The notes below the pieces were generated by a model. It was given only the letters and a program-made list of their open reading frames with translations, searched no databases and was not told where the DNA came from. A stretch of 64,000 nt of DNA, taken from NCBI RefSeq assembly GCF_009834535.1, contig NC_045696.1, positions 95,232,001-95,296,000 on the forward strand, written 5' to 3'. Shown here piece after piece: positions 39,605-52,950 of this stretch. The translations under genes and the position numbers were made by a program. This stretch comes from Camelus ferus. Lineage: Eukaryota. The stretch's first letter is position 1. Each line of letters begins with the position of its first letter.

Positions 39605-39800
39605 GGCTCAATCTCTGGTTCTGGTAGTAACCAACTACAATTAAACATTTAATTCTTAGTGTTCTTATCTCTAAAATGGGACTATCAATACGTGCTTCAG
39701 TGAGCTATTTTACAGAATGAATGAAGTCATGTAAGTGTAGGCGTCGAACTTGGCACCAAAATGCTTGGCATATAGTCAGCACTTGGTAAAAAATTATTGA
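39605..39800 (+). mobile_element. MIR relic
   Basis: cttatctctaaaatgggactatcaata...aatgaatgaagtcatgtaag...tggcatatagtcagcacttggtaaa. Confidence 0.75.
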
Positions 39801-40626
39801 AAAAAAAGCTAGAAATAGTTAATACTGGGCTAAGACAAAAAGTAACTTCATTGGGCTTATTCTTGTATCTACTTCCTTCATCCTTTTCTTTGAAACTTAC
39901 TGGTCTTCTATGAATTTAGCTAGAAGATTTCTAATAGTTCTATTCAGCTTAATGATAGTAGCATATCCCTACCAAATCCTTACATCAGCACCTCTTACCT
40001 TGGTATCTTGTGGCTCAAACTATCCACTTAACATTGAGTTGTTAACATTTTAACAAAGATTAGGTTTTTGGCGTCTATGTATAAATTTCCATTACAATGT
40101 AAATTTATCTCTCAATGCTATTTTCAAGTATTAGAAATAACATTTCAAAGTAAACAAATACTAAATATGTGGCTAAAAATGAAATCCTAAAACAAATGTG
40201 TAAGCCCAATATTATAAACCATGACTAAAAAGGATTTTCTTTTGTGGTTATACTCTTACAGATTTAACCCTAATTTTGCTATTATTATGTAAAAATATAG
40301 AACTTGTTATGGAACTTCATCTGTATACTTTGATACATCTTTCTGTGATTGTTTCCTTTCTCTCTATATTTATTTTTAAATTATGGAAACTTCACATATA
40401 TATTAATTTAGACAATTCCACAGATATTTCAGATTTGTTCATTCTATGAGATATTCTCTAAATTAGCACTCAGTAAAGTACCAAAACATTATATTTAAAT
40501 ATTTATCTATATTGTTATCAATATAGCTATATATATTTGAAAAATGAATAAATGCAATTAGTCCATGGAAAGGATCACTGAACTACTTTTTTTGTCTGTT
40601 TCATTTTAACCCTTAATTGTCTACAT

Positions 40627-40848
40627 CTATGGTTCTGAAGCAGGTTTGCTCATCAGGAGACATCTGACAATATCTGAAGACAAGGTCTGGTTGTCAGAAC
40701 TGTTTGGTTGTTGAGGGAAAACTGCTCCTGGCCACTAGTGTGTAGAGTCCAGGGACACTGCTAAGCCTCCCACAACACACAGGGCAGTGGCCACCACAAT
40801 TATGTATCAGATCCACAATGGCCACGGTGCAGAGGCTGAGAAACCCTG
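40627..40848 (+). mobile_element. MER20 (hAT-Charlie), full length with 8-bp TSD
   Basis: tggttctgaa...gacatctgacaatatctgaagaca...ctagtgtgtagagtccagggacactgctaa...gaggctgagaaaccctg. TSD gtctacat (40619-40626) / gtctacgt (40849-40856). Confidence 0.9.
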
Positions 40849-41739
40849 GTCTACGTGAAAGCTAATTTAATAACATGCCCTTCAGAAATCAAGTTGATAC
40901 GCTCTTTTGTGGCATTAACCTTCACAGAAGAACTATGCTATCTGATTGAAGGAGTTGAAAACAAATGCAGTGTGCTATTCTAAAGGAATACAGCTAGATA
41001 AGTTCCTTCAATCTATGTCACAGACTTGAAACATCCCCACAAATGATCCCTATAAATGTGATCTCTGACACAATCTTGAGGCCCATTGATCCTGCCAGGG
41101 GATCCACAGTGCAAGGCATCCAGAGAACAGAAATGTGAACGACGGGGGCTTTGTCAGAGCTGCTGCAATCTGCAAATCAATCAGGCCGAACTGGCCTAAT
41201 AAACAAAACATTACATCAATTATAAAATCTCCAGAATCACTGTCATGTTTTCACTGATGAATTCCTACTCATTTGCTCAACAGAAAGAGCTTTGCAGCAA
41301 GGAATAAAATGCTTTAAATGCTTTCCAGTCCCCTGCAAGACCAGGTATCTAATTATGGTGACTCCGCCTTGCCCCCACCTTTTCTTTTATGCAGCAATAT
41401 GAGCTGCAGAGACTACTAACTCTTTGCTCTAAGCAATACATTTTCTTTTTACATTTTAGATGTCAGTTATCTCAAGAGAAAACGTCTGAAAGAAAATAAA
41501 ATTGTCTTCTGGGTAAGAGATATTGGTTGAGGTATCAATCATTTGGTCAATTTCTTAAAGGCACAATAATTACATACCCTGCCATTCATTTACTTTTACT
41601 CTTTGAGTTAGCTATTACAGCAATATTTAGTGTGCCCAAATTAAAAATATTACGAGCTATCCTTTTCACAATCTTTTTTCACGACGAGGTTACTCGAACA
41701 CAAATCTGGTCTCTATCACTATGCCACCTGAATCACTCA

Positions 41740-42265
41740 GTGGTTTCCCGTAGCTTTTAAGTAAAGATTCAACTCGGGTTGAACGGATGAAGTCCTTCAT
41801 AATCTGGGTCTTAGCCTCCAGCCCTGTGCCTTCTCTTATCTTATAACTGCCCCTTGGCAACTGTCACTCCAGTTATACCAAACTGCTATTAGTTCTTGGA
41901 ACATCTCGTATTTTTTCGTGCTTTGACATGAAATACACTGATGCTTTAGTTTCGAACGTGCTCCTCTCTTTTTATCTGCCTCGTTTACTCCTTATCCTTC
42001 AAATTACTACTCAAGCATCACTGGAAATACTCAGGAAGCCTGCCCTGCTTCCCTCTCCTCTGTTTCCATGGTATCCTGGGGACCTCCATCAGTGAGCAGA
42101 CTCCCTCGCATCTGATGAGCTTCTCTGTCCCCGGTGTGAGACTGGATTCTTTACAGGGAAGAAGACTCCTCTGTAAACACTCAGAGCCCCTGACAGTGCC
42201 TGGTATATAACAGACAGTACATGTTGGTGACTGACTGAGAGAGTCAGTGAACAGATGAATGATGG
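41740..42265 (+). mobile_element. L2 relic (3' region)
   Basis: gtccttcataatctgg...ttactccttatccttcaaattactactcaagcatcac...gcccctgacagtgcctggtatataacag...gatgaatgatgg. Confidence 0.75.
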
Positions 42266-42499
42266 TAAGTTCACAGACTTGGGTACATGGATTCCTTTCC
42301 CCACTTACAACAGTAACATTTTATCCTTTTCTTAGGAGCTAATCATCTCCAAGTATATAAATTTTCTATAGTCCAGCCATCTCTTCATTGAAACCTTCAA
42401 AGTTCATCCTCAGCATCTTCTACACGGTAGCTGTTTAATAAATATTTGATGAATGAACAAACCAAGAAATAAGCCTCTAAAAAGTACTGACTGTAATTA

Positions 42500-42712
42500 A
42501 CTCAAGGCCAGGAAGATTTCAGTACGGGCTGCCTAACAGAAGGGGGGAATGTGTACAACTTACTTCCATCTGGATTCAGGGGGGGGAATGTGTATATGGG
42601 TACATAAATCTACTTGGGAAATCTCCTTGAGTGGCATGTGGGCATTTATGATACTAGGATTGCAATTTCTGCCGGGCTTGGAATTTTTCAAAATAAAATT
42701 TGGGGAGGAAAA
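42500..42712 (+). mobile_element. Old L1M 3' terminus
   Basis: Ends ttggaatttttcaaaataaaatttgggg, as L1ME/L1MC 3' ends do. Confidence 0.5.
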
Positions 42713-42739
42713 TATTAGCAATTATAATAAATGAAGACA

Positions 42740-43450
42740 TACTCACAGAAGGGGTCAGAGAGTATTTCTATGGAAGCCCCAAGGAGCAGAACAAGAGAGG
42801 AAACCCTGCTTAGGTCTGAGAGCAGAGGAGCCGAATTAGAGGAGGAGCCAAATTAGAGAAGATGACACAGAAAGGGTGATTCCTGAGATGAATCTTGAAG
42901 GACAGAGAGGGATAAGGAAAGGGAGGAGGAAAGGAAATTCCAGGATGAGTGAATGATCTGGATGACATAAGCAGGGAAAGATTTGTTTATATTGGATCCT
43001 ATCAATTTTTAAAAAGTTAAAATTTGTATCAGTATCACCACAGATAATTACTGGATGGGTACAGGATTTTCAGCCATCACTAATCTTAACCACCAGGGTG
43101 TGGGATGTAGGTGTGGGGCTTTTGTTACGGTTTTGTTATATTACGGTGTAACACTGGAGCTGCCTTTGCTTCAAACAGATGTGGAAGATACACTGGAGAA
43201 GGCAAGACAGGTAATGGAATACGCATCTGATTCTAGGCACAGGCCAAGGGCCTATTCGAGAAGTGAAGATACTAAAAAAGTGACAGAACAAGCATATCAG
43301 AAACAAGAGATAATTAAACATTTGGAAGTCATTAGGGCCCTGGCCAAGGTACTTGGTTGCCATGACAAAGCCAAAAGAATCGACTGGAAATTTGACAAGC
43401 AGGTGTCCTGGGAGAAGCTGAACAAAGAGGAAAAAGGCCAATGTTTTCAA
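42740..43450 (-). mobile_element. Degraded L2 fragments
   Basis: ctgagatgaatcttgaaggacagagaggg...aggaaattccagg and cattagggccctgg...actggaaatttgacaagcagg resemble antisense L2. Confidence 0.5.
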
Positions 43451-43809
43451 GAGGCAATAAGATTATAATTTTCTAAATCTCTCTTGGGAATATGCTCAGA
43501 GCATTATTCTGCTTCGGGTTTTATAGAGTGAGTCTGCTCTGACTGCAAATGAAGCAAAGGTAGGTACTGTAAAACACGGATGATTGACTTAATGTCTGAA
43601 CCCTCTTCCGGCTTTTTTAATTCACCATGGATCCCTGAGGAATTTGCTGTCTGAATAAAAGGAGGAGGCTGGAGCACCTACCCACGCTCACGTGCGGCAT
43701 CACGTTCACCAATACCAGGAGAGCGAACGAGCGCCATCCTGTATCTCTCATCTTCTGCCTCTCTCAAATCCTAGATGGAGATTTCAGGACTGTGGAACGC
43801 TGACCACTT

Positions 43810-44200
43810 GGGGGTGAGGTGGAGCCTACTTGCACTGGCCGGCCTTAGCGGGCTGTGCGCATCTCTTCTCAACTCCACATTCTAGGAGTGGGGAGAGGCT
43901 AGCCCAAGTGGTAGAGTGCAGGCTTAGCATGCATGAGGTCCTGGGTTCAATCCCTAGTACCTCCACCAAAAATAAATAAACCTAGCCCCCCTGCCCCCAC
44001 AATAAAATAATATAATAAATAAATAAACAAAAAGTTCTTTTTTTTAAACCTCCACATTCAGGGACCTCACATTGGGAGTGTGAAATGAGCCACGTTGTTA
44101 GTATTTCTACCACAGAAATCAGCAAACATGACAAATCAAGGTGGTCTTTCTTTCTCCCTTTCAGGCAGCAGACTGGTAAACATTTACCAGGATACCATTG
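43810..44200 (+). mobile_element. MER63-like (hAT-Blackjack) element interrupted by a SINE
   Basis: ggagcc...ctgtgcgcatctcttctcaactccacattc [SINE] agggacctcacattgg...accacagaaatcagcaaac...gtaaacatttaccaggataccattg. Confidence 0.75.
43890..44031 (+). mobile_element. Camelid-type tRNA-derived SINE
   Basis: ggggagaggctagcccaagtggtagagtgcaggcttagcatgcatgaggtcctgggttcaatccctagtacctcc plus an A-rich tail. CTCCACATTC duplicated at 43873-43882 and 44050-44059. Confidence 0.92.
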
Positions 44201-45450
44201 GATCTGTCCCACCTAGACAGTCAGAAACCAACCAAGCACCTCATGATAAATAACAACTGAAAAAAAATGGACTGAATACAACTTTAAAAAAAAATTACAT
44301 GAGACAGGGAGAACATTTTTTGAAATTTAGTTTAGCAATCTATTAGCAAGCAAATCAGCTTGGATCACTCTCATAGTCATATGATTTGAAACTTGCGATG
44401 TCATCTGTCCTGCCCGAATGATGAGGTCAAAATATATATAGTTTCTGCTAATGTCAACCAAGAAGGAAGCAAAAACGATTTCTTGCTTACACGTGTAGCT
44501 GAAGTCAAATGATAGAACAGGTGGGCAAGTTTAAATTGTGTTATTCTGAGGAGATAAAGTTTAAATCATCAGGGGAATAATTAGTCTTTGTTGACAAGTA
44601 CTAAATGTAGTTTTTGAAAGAGTCAACTTGTTTTCCCTTTGAGGAAGAGTAACAAATACAAGATACTTGTTAAGTAGGATCTCTTTCCAGATGTACGCAG
44701 TACTTTAAAAACCAGATGATACCTTTTATAAGTCAAAGATTAACCAATGTGAATCACTCAATTCCTCTGATGGAAAAGACAGCTAAACTAGTACTTCCTT
44801 ACGCAATCCATAGTCAGAAAAGCAGCAAAATGCGTTCTATCACCACAAACAAAAGGAAAAGGGAAAAGGGAAAAAAAAAAAAAAAGAATGCCATCACTTG
44901 ACATCTCAATTCATTCTCTTCATTCCTGAGAGCAAAGGAAAGATAACTATCTAAGAAGAAAACTAACTGAACTTGGATATTTAAAAGTGAATGAGATTTC
45001 TTTCAAGTAGCTTTTGCTGTCTTTTCTATCTTTTATTCTGACAAGTCACTTAAATCCCAAAAGGTAACTTTCAACTCCACTTTTCTCTTGAATCATTTGT
45101 CATTTTTTTCATAAATCAGGCTTGTACAATTATTAAGAAGCCAGTGATTGAACATTACACATCCATGTTTAAATATGAATAAATGAAAAGTATCTTTAAT
45201 AAAATATATCAGTAATCAATAATAATGACATTTATAAGTAGTGAATTAACTTGTATATAACTTTAAAGGTCCTTGAATTATAATTTGTTTTTTAAGTTTA
45301 ATAATTCTTTCTTTATACATATGTTGACTCTTTGTGAGATGCCAGAAACTAACCTCACTAGTATGAGGCATATGAGATTTTACAGTCTAAAGTAAACAAA
45401 TCCTTTTTATTTTCTTAAATGTAGTCTCCAAAAATACTCATCCTTTAATT

Positions 45451-45454
<4 letters not shown>

Positions 45455-45498
<44 letters not shown>
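45455..45498. repeat. (CA)22 microsatellite
   Basis: Perfect CA run. Confidence 0.97.
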
Positions 45499-45501
<3 letters not shown>

Positions 45502-46084
45502 CTCTATCTCCATTTTTAATTTCTCAAGTGTTTTCTGCTCTGTGGACCCTTGGGATCCCCATATTCCTAATTTCACTATGAATTCTCTTTGTTTCTCTGC
45601 CATCATCCGTATCTTGACATGCTGACCATGAGCTAACCTTATTTAACTCTTTGCGTCTCATTGCCTTCATCATTTTATGTTATCTCATTGCAGCTCAGAC
45701 CTCCCTGATCAGTAATGTTGCTCATTCATATGTCAGCCTAGAATCAGGATCCTACGGGAGCAGTAACGTAAAGAAGCAAGACTAAAGGTTGGAAAATAAA
45801 AGGTACCATTTGAGATTTGATTTCTCTGGCACCGTTCTCTCCATATCCTTTCTCCTATTCCACGCTACCCACCACCCCCCAAAAAACACCACACATACTC
45901 TGAGAAACCTTAATTATCACATTACTGAAACAAAAGCAGTCTTGAAGCATTCCTCCCACATTCACTCTCTGAGTGACCTCCCTGCTCCTACGAGGCTCCC
46001 TCTCAGGGATGAGAACTTAGTACCAAAGACAGTATGTAGAACTACCACTGTCTATGTTTATACAACGATTATTATTTTCTATAA

Positions 46085-46505
46085 TATTTTCCTCACAAGA
46101 GTCATTGGAAGTCATCAAAGCAGACACTACTACCTTATTTTAAACTTGAGACCAGCTTTGAAATGTGAAGTATCTGGCCAAGGATCACATAACAAATGAG
46201 TAGCAAAGATCGTGACTACAGTCAGGGCTTCTGAAAACTAACTGGCCTCCTTCCTTGCATCAGTCCTAAGGATCACAGAACACCACCACTAACCACAGCT
46301 ACCATTCCTGAGGGCCTGTATGAGCCAAGGACCGTACTGGGCTCTCCATGAGCACACTCCCCCAGCAGCTTGCAGATGGAGACAAGGCATACGTGTCATT
46401 CAGGACTGCATGAACTCTGCTTAGAAAATGTAGAAAGTGATGCCCAAAAGCCACATCAACAGTAAACGGAGAATTTGGCGATAGAACCTGGTCTTCTCAT
46501 TCACT
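46085..46505 (-). mobile_element. Two adjacent MIR relics
   Basis: gtgaagtatctggccaaggatcacataacaaatgagtagc and gtgatgcccaaaagccacatcaacagtaaacggagaatttggcgatagaacctgg. Confidence 0.55.
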
Positions 46506-48189
46506 GGCTATCCCCCGCCACAGGACTCACTACATTTGGGATTAGACGCATGGGAATGTTACAGGGGTAATGTATGACTTTGCATTAAAATATGTTTGGG
46601 GACGTGTAAGCACATGCACACGCACTGTGCGCGCGCACCGCCCCCCCCCCCGCACACACATATACACATCTCTCATGGGCTAGAGAACAAAAATAACTGT
46701 ATTTTTATAATTTTACAATTATTACTACAGGAGGAATCATGAACAGCTGAACTTGTAACCCTTGAGAATAACAGACAAAAGGGAGAGGTAACTGTACTCT
46801 ATCTAAAATCAGGACATTTTTAAAGGTGTCCTTTGTCAGGTGAACTTGGATTGCTAATAGCTTCCTTAGCTGGCATAGCTTCTATGCATATTCTAGGTTC
46901 CTTTGTCTCTTTTAAAGAGCTGATACTGGTTAAGTTATCTTATAAAGGGGTAAGAGGCTTAACTCACAACAGCTGAATGCTGTTGATGACACACAAAAAC
47001 CAAAAAGGACACTACGTCTAATCAATCTCAGGGAAGAATGGACTAACAGCTTCTTTGGGCAGCCTTTCTATATAAAAAGTGTGCTGGGATGTGGTCTGTT
47101 TATTTCAGTTTGAGACTAGAAAAACTGCATCTCAGTATGATAAAACATAAGTCAGGGAGGTCATTGTCTTCCTTGGCACTCATCTGAATGAATCAGAAGA
47201 TGGTTTCACAAAACCATGAAAACGGATGCTCACCTCATGATTATCACCAATCCAAGCTGTTCTCCTTTGCTAGGTTACAAGGTGTATCATTCAAATGAAA
47301 GCAAAAAGTCTTTCCACTTCACACCATTCTGGAATTCTTTCTTCTTCTCAGGAGACACAAAGTGTCATGAAATTGAAGCCAGAAACAATTTTGTATGTAT
47401 TTAAAAAAAAAAAAAAAAAAAGGCAGGCTCTTCCCTTTGCCCTTTGGCAGCTGCAGGGCCATGACGGCCACTCCTGTTACTGCTGTTTATGAATTCACTT
47501 GGGCACAGGGACTCTGCTAAAGGAACGAGCTCTGTGGTGACGCCCTTGTTTGGGGATGACTCAAGGAAACACAGCAAAAATACATGACATCTGGTGTTGC
47601 TTCTCCACTTTATGCTTTTGATTAAATCTATTAGAATACTGAAATCGCCTGGAAGCAGACTAAATAATTATTGGAAATAAAGTCGCATTTAGTGAATAAT
47701 TTTCAGATCAAAATGGCTTTGAAATACACATTCTTTAATAGAGTAATAGGTGAGTACTGATTTTCAGTGTATTAGTCTAAATTTTGGACTGTATCTAACA
47801 ACAAAGTTACCTGAGAAGTGTCACAGCCTCTGCCCACTAATTAATTATTGCATTTTTCTAACTGCATGCTCATTTGCCAATGAGAGAAAATTAAACCTGG
47901 AAGAAAAGTTTAATTCTACGGCCTTATAAAACTTGTTCTTAAACTTCAGGATATCTTCAATAAGTTGCACTTAAATATTTTATGCTAAACTAAAATGTGA
48001 ATTTAGTCTCAATTTCCAGGATTATCAAATGCATAGTAATAAGCCAAAGTTTAAAATATTTTGCTTCTTTTATTCAATCAGTGTCAAATTATATTCAGTC
48101 TCTAATTCTTATTTTAGTCAAAATTTAAATATTTATGTCCTAATCACATAATCCTTGGGGTTTAAATTTATAAAGCAAAGTTAAACTGG

Positions 48190-48700
48190 ACATAGGCTCT
48201 GCTCTAGACATTTGCATGTACAAACTCATCTAGTCCTCACACCAACACTATAAGGTAGGGAATGCTGTTACCAAGTTTTCTGATACAGTATGAGATCCAG
48301 TTGGTACTTAAACCCAGGAAGCTTCTATGATGCTATTTTGCCTCTCAGACACTTGGGCAGAGATGGGGTAGCTTTTTTTCTTTTATTTTTAATACTTAAC
48401 ATTTAGTTTTTTGCTCATTCCTTTACTCAATAAATATGCATTGAGCACCTAAATAGGTGCCAGGCTCTGGAGGAATAATGATAAATAAGATAGAATTTAT
48501 GCCTTTCAGTCTGTCCCAAGTCTGGGGAGGAGAGCAGACTTTTGATGAACTAATTAAAAGCTACTGAGACAACTGCTAAAATGACAAGTAAAAAATTTCC
48601 ACAGAAGCAAAGACTCGGAGAGAATCATTTAAACACTCTGAACCTCAATGTCTTTACCTGTAAAATGGGCACAAACAACAAGTACTTATTTCTCAAAAGA
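48190..48700. mobile_element. MIR (-), L2 (-) and MIR (+) fragments
   Basis: ctcatctagtcctcacaccaacactataaggtagg; tcaataaatatgcattgagcacctaaataggtgccaggc; ctctgaacctcaatgtctttacctgtaaaatggg. Confidence 0.65.
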
Positions 48701-49679
48701 AATAATTCTAAAACCATGATTAAATACATGTCAATTTGACACTCTCTTCTCTTACACAGTAAACATGTGCCCTGCTTCACTCTATAAATGAAGGACTTTG
48801 GGGCATTTATTTTTCATACGGTAAGTGAGAATGAAGTGATTGAGAATATAAAACTCCCATTTAAGAGATCTGCTTTGTAATTTCAAAGAATGAAGGGCCT
48901 TGAGTAGAGAATTAAGCTATGGAAATCTCTAACAGTCTTTTCATTAATCTGTATGATCCTCAAACTCAAGTATATATTTTAATCACAAAGCACTGACTTC
49001 TCTGTAATGCAATCATAAAAGACTGAAATTTTAATCCATTTTTTCATTAAAGCCTCGTATAGTACAAACTGGCAAGAGAGACCGTGAGTAAAAGCAATTT
49101 GCATTCCTCAATCAGCTTCCTGACTCTTAATTATGTTTTTATCAATAATTTTGTCTGTTTTTTCATCTCTCTCTTTGAACAAATCTATATCTAGGTAGCA
49201 ACCAAATTATCTCTTCCGTTCAACTTGAGGGACTAAGTTTTAATTTAATTTCACCTAAGGCAGGTAAAAGGCAGGCACATTCAATTCCTACCTTCCACAG
49301 TGCTTCATCCACCTACATAGCACTGGCCAGGCACTCTTCCCACTGCGAGAGTGATGACGTGGGCTGCAGGGATTCATTCCATGAGCCCCTGAGTTTGCCT
49401 GCCAGATTTTAGGGTGAAGTACCGATGTGCTTTGTTTCACAACTCTGATTAGATTCTCCAAATCTGACCACAAGCCAACAAGATGAGGATCTATTGGGAC
49501 AGACTTTTCCTTAGGAATTAGTACACAGGAGACGTAACAAGGACTCAATAAACAGCTGTGGAATTAGTGTTTTACATTTGAATTCACCCAAGGGCATCTG
49601 TCTTTTACCCATCTATCCATCCCATTATGCCCCCAAAATAGGAACATAAAAGATGCAGCAAAACACAGAATGGCTTGGT

Positions 49680-50035
49680 CAACTTCTAGGCACTGTCTTC
49701 TCCAAGTACCCCGAAAGGCTACCTTTTTCTAGCCTCTACTGCAATTAAGTTGTGCCATATAATTAATTCTGGCCAAGGGACCCTGAGCAAAAACAGGGTT
49801 TAACTTTTGAAAAGAGATGATCAGAAGCCAGTGTTCTCCCGCCATGTCTCTCTGTCATCGCTTCAGCTCCCTCAGAAGCCACATGATGGGAAACTGGAGC
49901 AAACCTAGATCCCTGAGTCACCGGAAGAAGGGCTGCACAGTGACTTTACAGAGCAAGAAAGAAATCTTTGCTGGGATAAGCCACTGAAACTGGGGTGGTT
50001 TTGTTGTTGCTGTTAAGAATCACAGCCTATCCTCA
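49680..50035 (+). mobile_element. MLT1 (old MaLR, H-K type) LTR relic
   Basis: gccatataattaattctggccaa...cctagatccctgagtcac...aagaaagaaatctttgctgggataagccactgaaactgggg...cagcctatcct. Confidence 0.7.
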
Positions 50036-52039
50036 CATCCTCAAATTATTAAGATAAAAAAAGTCTATCAGAAACGTTTAAATCTGTTTATGCATTAATT
50101 TTAAAAAGAGGGAGCATTTACTGCGGTGCTCCCTCCATACTTTTGTAAACTATTCATTACGAACTAGACTTCTAAACTAGTTTATTTAATAACATACTGC
50201 ATAATCCGAAAAGCTTATATCCATGCACTGTCCCCTCTGCAACAAATAGGGATAAAACGTAGCTTAAGGTCCAAAACAAAACAGCTCTTTGTGTGTGGTC
50301 GTTCAGACAACACTAAATGAGCATTTACACAGGGATGCTGGCCACAGCAGATACAGAGCTAAGAGCCAGTCTCTGCTGCGTCCCAGAGGACCCAGATCAG
50401 TAACCAATCACAAGAGGAACAAGAGTGCTGTGGGGACATCGGCCACAGCCTGGGGGGACGGAAGGACCAAGGGAGCTCCCCAGAGGAACTGCCACTGGTA
50501 TTATTCTAGAGCGAAGGATGACTAGTCATTAATTAAGAAAACAAAAGTGGGAAGGTTTTTTTTTTTTAATGAGAAAACAGAATCATGAGAAGGCATGAAT
50601 GTGGGACAGCTAGATGTATGTTAAAAAACTCCAGGGCGGCTGGAGAGTCTAGGCTGGAGAGTAGTTTAAGGTGGTCCTAGAGAGCTGGACAGGGCAAAAC
50701 TGTGCTTCCATTTAAAATCCCAGTGTATTAAAGGACCTCCTCATGCTCTCCTGGGTGCTTCCAGGACAAAATAAGATGTCTGTGCAACTGCACAACAGTC
50801 ATGATCAATTACTGCTTTGAATGATTTGGGGTAATAACAATAAAAACATGAAAGCATGAATATAAGGAAGCTGTCTCCGGTCACATCTTGCTCATTTAGT
50901 TATACTGTCTCACTCTCCAATTTCTCCTTCACTACTTATTTTGAAGAGAAATAAAACCAAACATTTTCAGGAGGGATAAAATCAAGTGGCTTACATTATA
51001 AACTTTACAGCTTTACATAAGTTAGACATTTAAATAGACATCATACTTCACTTTCAGTATAATACAGAGTCTAAAACCATGGAAATAGTAGGCAATTCAT
51101 AATCTTTGTGTCTATGGAGCTCTATTTTAAAAAATGGATCATTGAAAATTTATGTAAAAACTAAAGAAAGTGGATTCCTAGCAATCATAAAACAAATAGT
51201 AAGACACTTAGTATAGACAAATAGAAACATATTTACTATACATTTTCTAATTGGGAGGCAAAAACAACTTTACATTTTTAACTTTTGCTAAGACTTATTT
51301 TTGCTAAGGAGGAATCATAAGGCATAATTCAACTATTCTAATCAAGGGATTTGTGTCTAGAGTGTGGATCAGACCAAAGTTAAGGGCATAACCCAATTTC
51401 TTCTGGTTGATATAAACAGTGGTTTAAACCACAGCATTTAGCAACCATTTACTTTGCAATTTTTTGTCTTTTCATAATTATTTTCTTTTTCAGTCTAATG
51501 TTTCCACTTTCTACAATGAATTATGGTTAAAAATTTTATCTGGCTTTGGAGGTATCCATTTCTGACCTCTAAGTTACATTTTGTTATGTTGTAACTTTCT
51601 TAACCAAGAGGAAAAAAAAAGTTTCATATAATAACCTGTCTCGTTCCTTTGAAACTGAGGATTTGTTTTAGAAACAACTTTTGAGGTTCACATAGATCGC
51701 TAATTAGCCTTCAACCTTGTACTATGTTTGACAAACCAGGCTGCAAAACCTTTCCCATGATAGCACTGGCTTTCGGGATTACTGAAATACATTAGGGATC
51801 ACACAAAAACAGAGCTTATTAAGCAATGTATATGTGGTTATTAAACAATATAGACATGATTACGCCCTCACAAAATTTATAGTCAAGGTGGGGCTGTATG
51901 GCAGGCAGAGACAAACTAAAGGAGTTAAAAAGCAATACACAATTGTGAGTGTGAACAAGGCAGTGAGCCACCCAGACAACAAACAAGGTGGAACTGAAGG
52001 TACAGAGGTGATGTTGGGCAACGAGTCTCCCGGGCTGAG

Positions 52040-52950
52040 CACCACCTCCTTCAGTCTGACTCTCTGAACTCGGAAGTGTTTTGTTCACCTTCTTTTCTAA
52101 GGTCAACCTCTTACCCACTTTTTTGATCCCTTCTCAATGTCTCGCCCCTCCTCCATTATCTTTATTTCAGTGAATATTCATTCTTTTCCTCTCCACTGAC
52201 TCCTGTACCTTCTTTTGGTGGAAAAAAAAAAAAACAAAAACATGCATCCATTGGAGGAACAACCTCCATTCTTCTACAACAATCTTCTCGGAACTCACCA
52301 GATGACACCCACTTCTCTTCGTTTTATCACTGAATTTCTTTATAGCGCTGTCTCAACTTGTTGAGTTCTCATACATACCTTCCAACTCACTAGTGACTCA
52401 TCTACTTGAAATCTGGTTTGCAATGAGGAGTCGACCTTCTCCCTCCCAATTCTACTCAAAACTGCTTCCTCAAAGGTTACTGGTGTCCTTTTAACTGCCC
52501 GAATCAATGTTTTTTCTCATTTCTTGTCCTCTCTGCAGCATCCAGCACCATTAACTACTTCCTTCTTTTCTCTTTGGCCTTTCTTGATAATGCACCATCC
52601 TCCATTTCCCACAATTTATTAATCTGCTTGGTCTCTGTCACTGTCTTGGATTTTTCTCCCTTCTGCCTGCTGATTGTAGAGGGACACAGAAGATCTGTCT
52701 CCGCACCCCTCCTTCTTACCCTTCGTTCTCTCTGAATATAACATAGCGCTCTCTTGTAACAGCACGACCCACATGAATGACTTTCTGATACTTTTCCTGT
52801 AAATTCAACCAGCCCCAACCAGATCGGTTACTAGCTCCCTGCTTATTCTCTCTAAAAGTAAAGAGAACACATCAATTCTAACACGTGTACTTTTTATCTT
52901 GTCTAAAGGCAGTGTCTCATCCCTAATCATCCAAACTAGAAACTTCAAAG
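52040..52950 (+). mobile_element. L2 relic
   Basis: ctactcaaaactgcttcctcaaaggttactgg...ctctctgcagcatccagcacc...ggcctttcttgataatgcaccatcctcc...ccaaactagaaac. Confidence 0.75.

Noticed and set aside
43055-43468. 137-aa ORF that looks helical and protein-like (possible viral or transposase relic)
   Set aside because: It overlaps degraded antisense L2 sequence, and I recognise no similarity to viral or transposase proteins. One or two ORFs of this size are expected by chance across six frames of 64 kb. A blastp/HHpred hit would overturn this.
48650-48670. Minus-strand ttttacAG|GT motifs here and at ~61160 as recursive splice sites
   Set aside because: Both derive from the MIR core consensus, which carries this motif in most copies.
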